From NCBI GenBank assembly GCA_963668025.2, contig CAXXTH010000008.1, positions 76,229 through 140,228 on the forward strand: a stretch of 64,000 bases of DNA, given 5' to 3'. The stretch comes from Candidatus Hydrogenedentota bacterium. Lineage in GTDB: Bacteria > Hydrogenedentota > Hydrogenedentia > Hydrogenedentales > SLHB01. Positions within the stretch are counted from its first letter, which is position 1, and the number at the start of each line of letters is the position of its first letter. Below are positions 38,690 to 48,536 of this stretch, piece after piece. The notes under the pieces are model-generated. The model saw only the letters and a program-made list of their open reading frames with translations. It had not been told where the DNA came from and did not search any database. The translations under genes were made by a program, and so were the position numbers.

Positions 38690-41600
38690 ATGAACACCAA
38701 AGTGCGCGCATTGATTTGGGAAGAATGCCGTGTCTCCGGCGTGCTGGCCCTGGTTTGCTTCTCCTTGGGCGTCTTGATCCTGGTTGTCTCGATGCTTGGA
38801 GACGATCCCTATACGTGGTGGTACTACAAAGACTACGCCTTACTGGTCGTACTGGGTATTCCTATGGTATGCGCCCTGTTGTTTGTCCTGGGCCTAGATT
38901 ACTCCGGCCATCTCACCGCAGGCTTTCCCCGGCGCATCCTCAACCTGCCTGTACAGACCCATACCACGGTCGCGATTACATTCACTCTTCGCACGTTCTT
39001 TATGTTTCTCCTTGGGCTAGGATTGCTGGGCGCTTGCGCCGTACGTTTCGGACAAGCGCCCTGGCTTTCCAGCATTCTGCTGATCATTACGTTATATTTG
39101 TGTATTCAGGTGCTCGATTGGCTGCGCCAGCCTATCTCCGGCCTGGCAAGCGCAATCATCCTTGCACTGCTGGGGCTATTAGTCCTGGCATTGGGTAACT
39201 TTGAAGTACTCATTAATCACTTTGCCAAACAGAATCTGGGTATCCTTGAGGCTTCCATAGCACTATGTACATTGTATGTGCTTGGACTCGGCGTCTCGAT
39301 TGCCGCCGTAAGCGCCACCCGGCGCGGCAAACGCGTCGGCCCGCCGGAACTCTGGGAACTGCCCGCTTTGTGGACACAAAACCGCCACGCCCGCCAAGAG
39401 CCGTTCGCATCACCCATGGACGCCGCGGTATGGTTCGAGCGCAGCCGTTCACCGTTTGTCATGCCCGGCCTTACGCTGTTAATTTTCACCATGCTATTCG
39501 CGGCGATGTGGCTCGGTACGGACAGAGCAACGGGAACGAGTTTCAATAACGGTTTTCCAGACTGGACTATTTACAGCAGCTTGGATTGCGCCCTTCTTGG
39601 TTCGTTCCTATTAGCGGCCATCGGATACGGCCTGTACCGGGGAGCTTTCTGGTGGAAGCGCGTTTCCACGCCACGCATGATCCCGTTTCTCTATCCCGCC
39701 ACGGCGGGGGAAATCACCCACGCGCACCTGCGCGCAGCCGCGATTCAGGTGGGCACGGTTTTGCTCTTGGTTGGGCTGATTTTCCAAGGCAGTTTTCTGC
39801 TACGTCACGGCGGTTTCACGTCGAGCGTGTTCACGGCCGCCCTGCGAGAAGGCTATGTCTCCTGGCGCGAGTTGATATGGTCCTTTCTTGCACCGATTCT
39901 CCTGACCGGCCTTATGGCGTGGGCTTTTCTATCGCCCAATTGGCTCTGGGGAGCCTATATCTTCTTGCCCATAGGAGCCTCCATTTTACTGGTTATTTGC
40001 GGATTCGATAACGTGGATGGCGTCATGAATGCGGCCATTTGTCTGTCCATCATCGCCGTCATCGCACTTGCAGCGATTCTGGCCTGGCGCAAAGGGCTGA
40101 TGGCTGGCCGCACCCTCGTGGGGCTCTTCGGCATTTGGCTGCTGCTGGCTTGGCTGCTTTTCCCCATGGACCTGGTGGCGACCATCGGGGCGCAAGATGT
40201 CACCAGATACGACCTGCTGCAATTGGGATTGACGAGCCTGGCATGGGCCAGCCTCGGGCCCATGCCATACATTGGCATCCTCATTTTCACCAATAGGCTG
40301 CGCCACGGCAAGAGGAATTACCCGCAAAATCCCAGTCTGCACAAGCGCCGCCCATCAGGCCACCGCGTCCGGAACGCCTTGGCGATAGTAGGAGTGATTG
40401 CGTTAAGCCTGTGGCTCAAATGGCCCATGGAACCCACCTGGCGCATGTATCTCCATCAAAAAGGATTTGCCACCTCTATCCGGGAACTCAACGCACGCTA
40501 TCCGGAAGTGCCGGACGATGAGAATCTGGCGCTGCGTTACCGGACGGCCTGGGAGAAACTCGACGCCTGTGCAGCGGAACTGAAAACGCAACAAAACGCT
40601 GATCACACCCAATATACAGATTCTAATGGAATTCCAAGCGACGCGGCTACGCTCTTTATGCAGCAATTGCCGATCATGGGTTTTGCCGATGTTCGTTCAG
40701 ATGCTCCCATGACGCCGGAGCAAACGCAAGCCATCCGAACCTACTGGGACGCCGTGGGGAAACACGTGGCTCCCATGCTGCACGCGGCGGCGGAATCCGG
40801 CTTGACCCGCAGCTTTTATAGTCCAGTAGATCCTATGGGAGCGGTTGTGTCGGGAGGCCATCTCGCTAGAACTCGAGAATTAGCCCGTTTGCTCAGCCTT
40901 GAAGCGCTGTTAGCGTGTGTGGAGAACCGCCCGCACGACGCCGCCCAAGCTATTTGCGCCATTTACCCATTGTCATTCACGGCGCGGCAAGAACCGCTGA
41001 TTATCTCTCACCTCGTCTCAGTGGCGATCATGAGCATAGGGGCTGGCGCGCTTGAAGACACATGCAAAAGCATTGCCTTGGATGATTCGGCTCTTGCCGC
41101 CTTGGACCATTGTTTGCCATCCGCACGAACCTTGGAACAGAGCTATCAGCTCGAACAAGCCATAGTGGGGGAATCGGCATATTCTCTTAATTACCAATCT
41201 CAACTCTGGTTTGGAGTGAATCACCACTTTTCAACAAAGGATATGTTTTTCCTCACGCTTTTGCAGGTGTTTTGGCAGCCTCATTATGAAGAGATCTTCT
41301 TTATTCATGAGTTTAACGAAAAAAATGGAAGAAAATATCCCGTCATTGAAGCAGGAAATCAAGGACCCGTTGCAAAATGCGATTTGACTCGCGTTTTCTT
41401 CTTCCAATTGCTCAGTAATCTTCGTGTCGTAAACGCTGAATGGCGAATCCGCACCATGATGGATCTTGCCCATGTTGGGATTGCAGTCGAGCGCTATCGA
41501 CTGGCGGCGGGCCACTTCCCCGAAAAACTAGAAGAACTGGTTCCGGCCTATATCAGCGCCGTACCCTTGGATCCCTATACGCAAATGGCCGAACCATTGC

Positions 41601-41794
41601 GATACCTGGCCAAACCAGACGGCTCGTACATCATCTACAGTGTATATGAGGATGGAGAAGATGAGAAAGGTGCGCCCTATAGCTATAACGGAAAGGATAG
41701 AAAAGGCGACCTGTCTTTCACCCTCTTGCCGCCCGAGAAGCGCATGGCGACGGCCTACCTCATGGACCAACCATTAAAAAACGTAGCGCCGTGA
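38690..41794 (+). CDS. large polytopic membrane protein, tandem paralog 2 of 4 (1034 aa)
   Basis: Same architecture and conserved blocks as paralog 1. The start is set at ATG 38690 (MNTKVRALIWEECRVSG). Confidence 0.85.
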   Translation: MNTKVRALIWEECRVSGVLALVCFSLGVLILVVSMLGDDPYTWWYYKDYALLVVLGIPMVCALLFVLGLDYSGHLTAGFPRRILNLPVQTHTTVAITFTLRTFFMFLLGLGLLGACAVRFGQAPWLSSILLIITLYLCIQVLDWLRQPISGLASAIILALLGLLVLALGNFEVLINHFAKQNLGILEASIALCTLYVLGLGVSIAAVSATRRGKRVGPPELWELPALWTQNRHARQEPFASPMDAAVWFERSRSPFVMPGLTLLIFTMLFAAMWLGTDRATGTSFNNGFPDWTIYSSLDCALLGSFLLAAIGYGLYRGAFWWKRVSTPRMIPFLYPATAGEITHAHLRAAAIQVGTVLLLVGLIFQGSFLLRHGGFTSSVFTAALREGYVSWRELIWSFLAPILLTGLMAWAFLSPNWLWGAYIFLPIGASILLVICGFDNVDGVMNAAICLSIIAVIALAAILAWRKGLMAGRTLVGLFGIWLLLAWLLFPMDLVATIGAQDVTRYDLLQLGLTSLAWASLGPMPYIGILIFTNRLRHGKRNYPQNPSLHKRRPSGHRVRNALAIVGVIALSLWLKWPMEPTWRMYLHQKGFATSIRELNARYPEVPDDENLALRYRTAWEKLDACAAELKTQQNADHTQYTDSNGIPSDAATLFMQQLPIMGFADVRSDAPMTPEQTQAIRTYWDAVGKHVAPMLHAAAESGLTRSFYSPVDPMGAVVSGGHLARTRELARLLSLEALLACVENRPHDAAQAICAIYPLSFTARQEPLIISHLVSVAIMSIGAGALEDTCKSIALDDSALAALDHCLPSARTLEQSYQLEQAIVGESAYSLNYQSQLWFGVNHHFSTKDMFFLTLLQVFWQPHYEEIFFIHEFNEKNGRKYPVIEAGNQGPVAKCDLTRVFFFQLLSNLRVVNAEWRIRTMMDLAHVGIAVERYRLAAGHFPEKLEELVPAYISAVPLDPYTQMAEPLRYLAKPDGSYIIYSVYEDGEDEKGAPYSYNGKDRKGDLSFTLLPPEKRMATAYLMDQPLKNVAP

Positions 41795-41913
41795 AGAAGG
41801 CGTTACCGTGGTGAATATCCAGAGAATTCACTACGCAGGACACAGAGATCATAGAGAGCGGGAATGACGGAACTGCATTTCAACACTTGAACGTAAATGA
41901 ACAAAACCAGAGT

Positions 41914-41979
41914 GGGAGAGCCCCTCTTCCAAAAGAAGGTTTCTCCCCAGTGGAAGCAATACAACGGGAGGTTTTCCCC
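41914..41979 (+). promoter_or_regulatory. conserved 5' leader, copy 3
   Basis: gggagagcccctcttccaaaagaaggtttctcccc hairpin, then agtggaagcaatacaacgggaggttttcccc ATG. Confidence 0.6.
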
Positions 41980-44900
41980 ATGAACACCAAAGTGCGCGCA
42001 TTGATATGGGAAGAGTGCCGCGTCTCCGGCGTGCTCGCCCTACATAATCTAGTGCTGGGGGCCTTGCTCTTGGTATTTTCGTTCTACGCATATGAACACG
42101 ATTCGCCTTTATGGGGTGATTATGAAGATGCCGCTTTCTTTATCGTAATTGGATTTCCCCTGATGAGCGCCGTGCTATTCGTCTTGGGCAAAGATAACAC
42201 CGGCCATCTCATCATGGGATTCCCCAAGCGCATTCTCCATCTGCCCGTGCATACCCATACCACCGTTGCGATCACACTTACATTTCGTATGCTCTTTTTA
42301 TTGTTGCTCGGATTCGGATTACAGAGCGTATGCACATTGCGTTTTGGCGTAGCGCCCTGGAACGCCAACATCCTGTTCATTATGTCACTGTATCTACTCA
42401 TACAGGTTTTCGATTGGCTGCGCCAGCTCATATCCGGCCTTGCAAGCGTGCTCGCTATCGCATTGTTAGCCATTCTCGTGTTGGTCTTGGGCAACATGAA
42501 GAACATCATGCAAAGCTTATTACAAGCGGATTTGAATACATTTTGGGCTTTTATTTGCATATGTGCGTTATACGCCGCCGGACTCGGCGTCTCGATTTGG
42601 GCCGTGCGAGCCACCCGGCGCGGCAAACGCTTTGGCCCGCCCGAACTCTGGGAACTGCCCGCCCTGTGGACACAAAATCGCCCCGCCCGGCAAGAGCCGT
42701 TCGCTTCACCCATGGACGCTGCGGTGTGGTTCGAGCGCAAACGCTCCCTCCTTCTGATGCCCACGCTCACGTTACTGTTTTTTAGCCTCCTACTCGCCGT
42801 GATATGGATAGGCACGGATGATGTAAAGCCGCCGCGTATGTGGGATAACTATGACCTCTTTACTTCCGATTGGACTATTTACAGCAGTCTCTATTGCGCC
42901 TTTCTTGGCTCTTTCCTCTTAGCCTCTGCGGGATACGGTATATACCGTGGCGCTTTCTGGCGAAGGCGTGCCGCCTCCACACAGATGATTCCATATCTTT
43001 GTCCCACGACCACGGCGGAGATCACGGCCTCGCGCATGTTTGCGGGAGCGCTCCAGGCTGGAATGGTCCTTTTTGTGATGGGTTTGCTCTACCACGGCGT
43101 CTTTCTGGCGCGGTACGATGGGTTCGCGTTCCGCGTGTTCACCAGTGCTCTTCACGAAGGCTTTCTCTCCTGGCGCGAACTCAGTTGGGCCTTTCTCTCT
43201 CCATTGGTATTAGTGGGCCTTGTCGCATGGGCCTTTTTATGGCCCAGTTGGCTGATATGGCTTTATATCGACGCTGTTATCATCATATATTTCTTCGGTG
43301 CCTCGCATGTGGGCGGCTTGGTCAACATATTGAGCTGTTCCTTTATCATTGTGGGTATCGCATCGGCGGCTGTATACGCTTGGTTTAGAGGACTGATGTC
43401 CAATCGCCATGCCGCCTGGCTATTTGGAGCCTGGCTGTTGCTGGCGTGGCTCGTGTTCCCTGTGGATGCCATGGCATTCTCCGGCCGTGCAGGCTTGTCC
43501 GCTTACGCGTGGCTTCAAATCGGCCTTCTGAGTTTGGCTTTGGCCAGCCTGGGGCCCATGCCCTATATCGGCATGCTCCTGCATACGAACGAGAAGCGTC
43601 ATAGTCAGAAATGTACACAAAATCCTCTCCAGCACAAGAGGCGTCGCTCCGGCCATGGCGCACGAAACCTGGCGGCGGTGGCTGGTGTAGTCGTATTCTG
43701 TCTATGGCTTAGATGGCCCATAGAGCCTACCTGGGAGGCGTATTTGCATCAACGGGGTTTCCCCACCACCATCCAAGAGCTCTACGCCATGTATGGGCCG
43801 ATCCCGGATGACGAGAACCTGGCGTTACCGTACAAGGCGGCCTGGGAAAAATACGATGCCTACGAGAAAAGACTGGCTGCGGAACTAGATACCGGCCCTA
43901 CTCATTATACAAATGAGATCGGCGTCCCGATCAGTGCGTCCCTGTATTTCCGAGATCAGCTTCCCTATCTCGGCAGCGTCGAAGTGGACGACGGCCCGAT
44001 AACAACCGAGCAGGCACAGATTGCACGCCGGTATTGGCAGGAAGTAGGCAAGGAAGTAGCCCCCATGCTGCACACGGCGGCGGAATCGGGCTTGACGCGC
44101 AGTTGTTATTGGGCACCCGCAAACTTCATGGAACAAATATCTCCAAACATCGATCATCATTCAAAAGTTCGCGCGCTGAGCCGCGTGCTTATGTTTGAAG
44201 CATTCATGGCGTGCATGAATCAGGAGCCTCATGAAGCCGCAAAAGCCATCGCCGCCCAGTTCCCGATGGCCTACTCATTAGAACAGGAACCAGGGCTCAT
44301 TTCCTATCTGGTGTCGATTGCAGTGCTGCAAATGGGCGTTGGCTCTCTGGAAGATACACTCAAACACATTTCCCTGCCTGTAAGTGATCTGCAGTACATC
44401 GACAAGTCCCTGCCGGAGCCCGGCGATCTCCAGCATTTGGAACGGGCCGAGTTAGCCGAATCCGTGGATTATCTGCGTTATTTCTACGAAGGCCGATTTT
44501 TCGGAAAATCCATGACCTCGGAATCCGTTGCCCCTTACCTTCTAGTCTGGCAACTGGCGAAGCCTTCCGTGGAAGAGGAAATCTTTCTAATACATCGCTT
44601 CAACCAAGGGAAAGAAAAAAGACAGGAGCCATACTGTGAAGCGCCTCGGGTATTCCTGTCCAAACTCTCGCTCAGCATTCAACTGGATGAAGTCGAACGG
44701 AATCCACGCACCGGTGTTGCGTTCGCCCGCATCGCAATCGCCATCGAGCGGTATCGTCTAGCTACAGGCCATTTTCCGGAACATCTCGAAGAGCTTATTC
44801 CGGCCTACATGAAGGAGGTTCCGGAAGACCCCTTCGCGCAGCCGCCCGCGCCAATGCGATACCTGCTCAAACCGGACGGCTCGTGCGTCATCTACAGTGT

Positions 44901-45030
44901 CTCTATGGACCACAAGGACGATGGAGGCGCGTCTTTTAACGGACAAACTGGAGATCGGGCTTTCACGCTCTTGCCGCCCGAAAAACGCACGGCGGTGGCT
45001 CCAGCAACAAACCATGCGGATGGAGCCTAA
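41980..45030 (+). CDS. large polytopic membrane protein, tandem paralog 3 of 4 (1016 aa)
   Basis: Same architecture. The start is set at ATG 41980. Confidence 0.85.
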   Translation: MNTKVRALIWEECRVSGVLALHNLVLGALLLVFSFYAYEHDSPLWGDYEDAAFFIVIGFPLMSAVLFVLGKDNTGHLIMGFPKRILHLPVHTHTTVAITLTFRMLFLLLLGFGLQSVCTLRFGVAPWNANILFIMSLYLLIQVFDWLRQLISGLASVLAIALLAILVLVLGNMKNIMQSLLQADLNTFWAFICICALYAAGLGVSIWAVRATRRGKRFGPPELWELPALWTQNRPARQEPFASPMDAAVWFERKRSLLLMPTLTLLFFSLLLAVIWIGTDDVKPPRMWDNYDLFTSDWTIYSSLYCAFLGSFLLASAGYGIYRGAFWRRRAASTQMIPYLCPTTTAEITASRMFAGALQAGMVLFVMGLLYHGVFLARYDGFAFRVFTSALHEGFLSWRELSWAFLSPLVLVGLVAWAFLWPSWLIWLYIDAVIIIYFFGASHVGGLVNILSCSFIIVGIASAAVYAWFRGLMSNRHAAWLFGAWLLLAWLVFPVDAMAFSGRAGLSAYAWLQIGLLSLALASLGPMPYIGMLLHTNEKRHSQKCTQNPLQHKRRRSGHGARNLAAVAGVVVFCLWLRWPIEPTWEAYLHQRGFPTTIQELYAMYGPIPDDENLALPYKAAWEKYDAYEKRLAAELDTGPTHYTNEIGVPISASLYFRDQLPYLGSVEVDDGPITTEQAQIARRYWQEVGKEVAPMLHTAAESGLTRSCYWAPANFMEQISPNIDHHSKVRALSRVLMFEAFMACMNQEPHEAAKAIAAQFPMAYSLEQEPGLISYLVSIAVLQMGVGSLEDTLKHISLPVSDLQYIDKSLPEPGDLQHLERAELAESVDYLRYFYEGRFFGKSMTSESVAPYLLVWQLAKPSVEEEIFLIHRFNQGKEKRQEPYCEAPRVFLSKLSLSIQLDEVERNPRTGVAFARIAIAIERYRLATGHFPEHLEELIPAYMKEVPEDPFAQPPAPMRYLLKPDGSCVIYSVSMDHKDDGGASFNGQTGDRAFTLLPPEKRTAVAPATNHADGA

Positions 45031-45280
45031 TAGTTAAGATTTCCAATAACCGAAGCTGGAAAGCCAAAACCAGCAGGAGCCGGTGGTATGCACGAAAAAG
45101 AGAACAATAAAGCGGGAGCAAGCTACCGCATTCCATACGCGCTCCACGTTTTACTTATATGTAAATTTGGAGTGCGGCAGCTTGCTGCCGCTTTGGGCGT
45201 GCGGATTCCGCTGGAATGGCCTTTTTTGACCCAACGGCGGCACAAGAGCCTTTTTTGAAAGACCCCTTTCGCGGGGATAA

Positions 45281-45312
45281 CAGTGGAAGCAGTACAACGG
45301 GAGGTTTTCCCC
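45281..45312 (+). promoter_or_regulatory. conserved 5' leader, copy 4. Only the invariant SD segment is retained; the upstream hairpin is replaced by cccctttcgcgggg.
   Basis: cagtggaagcagtacaacgggaggttttcccc ATG, identical to copy 2. Confidence 0.55.
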
Positions 45313-48300
45313 ATGAACACTAAAGTGCGTGCATTGATATGGGAGGAATGCCGCGTCTCCGGCGTCCTCGCCCTATACAATCTGGCGTTGGGGGCCTTGT
45401 TCTTCGCCCTTTCCTTGTTTGAGGATTCATCTGTCCCGTGGAAAAACGGGAACGATGATTTCGCGTTCTGCATTGTGCTCGGATTTCCACTATTAAGCGC
45501 CCTGTTGTTTGTTTTGGGCATGGATAATTCCGGCCATCTCACCATGGGATATCCCCGGCGCATTCTCAATCTCCCCGTCCACACCCATACGACCGTCACG
45601 GTCACGCTGGCGTTCCGCACCCTCTTTTTACTGCTTCTCGGATTTGGATTGCTGGGCATATGCGCCTTGCGTTTTGGCCAAGCGCCCTGGAGCGCTGCCA
45701 TTCTGTTTGTTGCGTCCCTGTATGTGCTCATACAGTTGTTCGATTGGCTGCGCCAGCCGGTGTCCGGATTGGCTAGCTTGCTCCTGGTGTCTGTACTGGC
45801 CTTGCTTGTGTTGCTGTTGGGCAATATGTACGACGTCATGCTCTCTCTAGTAAAAATGGATTGGAATATCTACTGGGCGCTTCTATGTGTAGGTATCTTG
45901 TTTTCTACAGGACTCGGCATATCGATTCTGTCGGTGAGCGCCACCCGGCGCGGTAAGCGCTTCGGCCCGCCCGAGCTATGGGAATTGCCCGCCCTATGGA
46001 CGCGGAACCGCCATGCCCGGCAAGCATCCTTCAACTCCCCGCTGGACGCCGAGGTCTGGTTTGAGCGCAAACGCTCGCCATTGGTGATGCCCGGCCTCAC
46101 GTTGTTGATTTTCGCACTCCTGTTCTCGGTGGCCTGGATAAGCGGAGGCAAATCCAGCGTGTTGGCCAACCAAGACCTATGGAATATCCACAGTAAATTT
46201 GATCTTTCACTCATGGCCTCGTTCCTGCTTGCCGCCATCGGATACGGCATGTATCGCGGGGCCTTCTGGCGAAAACGCGTTTCCACCCCCCATATGATCC
46301 CGTATCTCTATCCCGCCGCCACGGAGGAGATCACCCGTGCACGCATCGGCGCGGGAGCAATCCAGGCCGGCGCGGCCCTCCTGCTCATGGGCTTGGCCTA
46401 TCAAGGCAGTTTTTTGCTGCGGCTCAACGGATACGCAACTGGCGTGTTCGAGGCCGCTCTAGGTGAAGGCTACGCCACTTGGCGCGAAATGATTTGGTCC
46501 TTCCTTTCGCCCCTGTTTTTAGTCGGCCTTATCAGTTGGGCGTTTTTATGGCCCAACCGGCTATTGGCGTTCTACTTCGTCATTCCCATGGGAGTTACGA
46601 TAGTTGCACTCATATGTGGAAAGGAAAAATACGCCGAATTCATTAGCTGCTTGCTGATCATCCCCATCATCGCCTTCGCCGCGTTCCGCGCTTGGCGCAG
46701 AGGGCTGATGCCGGGGCGCGCCCTCGCTGGCGTGTGCGGAGCCTGGCTGCTCCTAGCCTGGCTCTTGTATCCAATGGACATGCTGGCGTCCTTTGCACAA
46801 GAGGATTTCTCGATATATGAAGGCGTATCGAGCCTGGCATGGGCCAGCCTCGGGCCTATGCCGTACATCGGCATGCTCTTCAGCATCAATCGTAAACGCC
46901 ATGGCCAGCGTGGTCCCCAGAATCCCCTCCAGCATGCGCGGCGCATCTCAGGCTATCGCGTCCGCACTGCACTGGCGATAGCCGGAATCGTCGCATTAAG
47001 CCTGTGGCTCAAATGGCCCGTGGAACCGGCCTGGCATACATATCTACATGAGAAGGGTTTTGCCACATCGCTTCGAGAACTCGATGAACGATATGCGCAA
47101 GTGCCCGATGATGAAAATCTGGCGCTGCGGTATCAAGCGGCTTGGGAAAAGCTAGGCGCTTGTACGGCAAAACTGACAACGAAATTAAGCGCGGATCACA
47201 CCGAGTATAAAGATGCCGATGGAATCCCAATCGGTTCCGTTCAACGTTTTTTTGGTCAATTGCCTATCATGGGTATTGGCGGTAGTTTTTTTGAATCAAT
47301 CTCACCTCAATCATATCTGAATGATCCTGCTTCTGAATCCATCTCTCCCACACAAGCGCAAACTGCGCAAACCTACTGGGATGCAGTCGGAAAAGAAGTC
47401 GCGCCTATGCTCCATGCGGCCGCGGAGTCGGGTCTGACGCGCAGCCGGTACCCAATCGATTTATCACAGATAGAGATAAACAACCCGCCGCATCTCGGTG
47501 AATTGGGCCGGCTTGCCAATCTGCTGCGCCTCGAAGCGCTCATGGCCTGCATGAATGACCGTCCTCACGACGCCGCCGAGGCCATTCGCGCGATGTTTCC
47601 ATTGGCGTCTTCTCTCGAATCAGAACCGTTTCTTCCCTCAAAACGCCAATATTCTTCAATCCGTCTTTTAATCGTCGAAGCGCTTCAACACTCATTGGAC
47701 CATCTTTCTATGGACAATTCGGATCTTGCCGAACTAGACAACTGTCTGGCTACCACCCAATCACTAGAGAATCAGGCCTTACTCTATGAGCAGGCTGCAG
47801 TTGGTCAGGGACTAGATAGCTTGATTCCAAATTCGTACGGATTAGTACGCTATCGAAACACTTTGCGCAAGGCGGATACTCCATTATTTCCATGGCGCTT
47901 AGGAAAGCCGCCTATTCACGAGATGATGTTTTATATACATAACCTGAATAGAATAGAAAATTCATATTCCGAAACTGGCCCAGCTAGGTTACAGAGGACT
48001 GGTTTTTTACGCCAGGAATTTGCGGAACCCACTTACTTTCCACGTGTGTTTTTCTATTCGATATTGGGTATGTATTCACCGGATGCACATAAAGAGATTT
48101 CTAATACCCAAACAAATATCGATCTTGCCCGTGTCGGAATCGCCGTTGAACGCTACCGTCTAGCCGCGGGCCATTTCCCCGAACGCCTGGAGGAACTCGT
48201 CCCTGCTTATATCAAAGCCATCCCGAAGGATTTTTTCGCACCAAGACGCACCGCGCCTCTGCGATACCTGCTCAATTCCGACGGTTCATGTGTTGTCTAC

Positions 48301-48459
48301 AGTGTAGGCATGAATCGACAAGATGACGGCGGTGTGCCTTCTGTATCAAAATACATGAAATGTGACGATATACCCTTCAGCCTTTTGCCACCCGGGAAAC
48401 GCACATCACTGGCCCCGCCGGACAAGGCCGTGGCGCCATCCACATACCTGAATAAATAG
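45313..48459 (+). CDS. large polytopic membrane protein, tandem paralog 4 of 4 (1048 aa)
   Basis: Same architecture. The start is set at ATG 45313. This copy is the most divergent in the C-terminal domain. Confidence 0.85.
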   Translation: MNTKVRALIWEECRVSGVLALYNLALGALFFALSLFEDSSVPWKNGNDDFAFCIVLGFPLLSALLFVLGMDNSGHLTMGYPRRILNLPVHTHTTVTVTLAFRTLFLLLLGFGLLGICALRFGQAPWSAAILFVASLYVLIQLFDWLRQPVSGLASLLLVSVLALLVLLLGNMYDVMLSLVKMDWNIYWALLCVGILFSTGLGISILSVSATRRGKRFGPPELWELPALWTRNRHARQASFNSPLDAEVWFERKRSPLVMPGLTLLIFALLFSVAWISGGKSSVLANQDLWNIHSKFDLSLMASFLLAAIGYGMYRGAFWRKRVSTPHMIPYLYPAATEEITRARIGAGAIQAGAALLLMGLAYQGSFLLRLNGYATGVFEAALGEGYATWREMIWSFLSPLFLVGLISWAFLWPNRLLAFYFVIPMGVTIVALICGKEKYAEFISCLLIIPIIAFAAFRAWRRGLMPGRALAGVCGAWLLLAWLLYPMDMLASFAQEDFSIYEGVSSLAWASLGPMPYIGMLFSINRKRHGQRGPQNPLQHARRISGYRVRTALAIAGIVALSLWLKWPVEPAWHTYLHEKGFATSLRELDERYAQVPDDENLALRYQAAWEKLGACTAKLTTKLSADHTEYKDADGIPIGSVQRFFGQLPIMGIGGSFFESISPQSYLNDPASESISPTQAQTAQTYWDAVGKEVAPMLHAAAESGLTRSRYPIDLSQIEINNPPHLGELGRLANLLRLEALMACMNDRPHDAAEAIRAMFPLASSLESEPFLPSKRQYSSIRLLIVEALQHSLDHLSMDNSDLAELDNCLATTQSLENQALLYEQAAVGQGLDSLIPNSYGLVRYRNTLRKADTPLFPWRLGKPPIHEMMFYIHNLNRIENSYSETGPARLQRTGFLRQEFAEPTYFPRVFFYSILGMYSPDAHKEISNTQTNIDLARVGIAVERYRLAAGHFPERLEELVPAYIKAIPKDFFAPRRTAPLRYLLNSDGSCVVYSVGMNRQDDGGVPSVSKYMKCDDIPFSLLPPGKRTSLAPPDKAVAPSTYLNK

Positions 48460-48536
48460 CTTAACCGTACCAATAAAACATATATGCATTTATAAACTTC
48501 TTGCGCTTTTCCTTAACGTTTGGGGAGAGGATAGCT

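Noticed and set aside
45174-45237. Hairpins gcggcag-cttg-ctgccgc and attcc-gct-ggaat followed by cctttttt as a terminator between paralogs 3 and 4
   Set aside because: The stems are short. The first is followed by only TTT, and the T-run is separated from any strong stem. The first also matches a generic REP-like motif, so it is not confident enough to annotate as a terminator.
35165-48459. ~3.3-3.5-kb periodicity as a CRISPR-like or satellite array
   Set aside because: The period corresponds to full-length protein-coding paralogs with intact ORFs. There are no short direct repeats with spacers.
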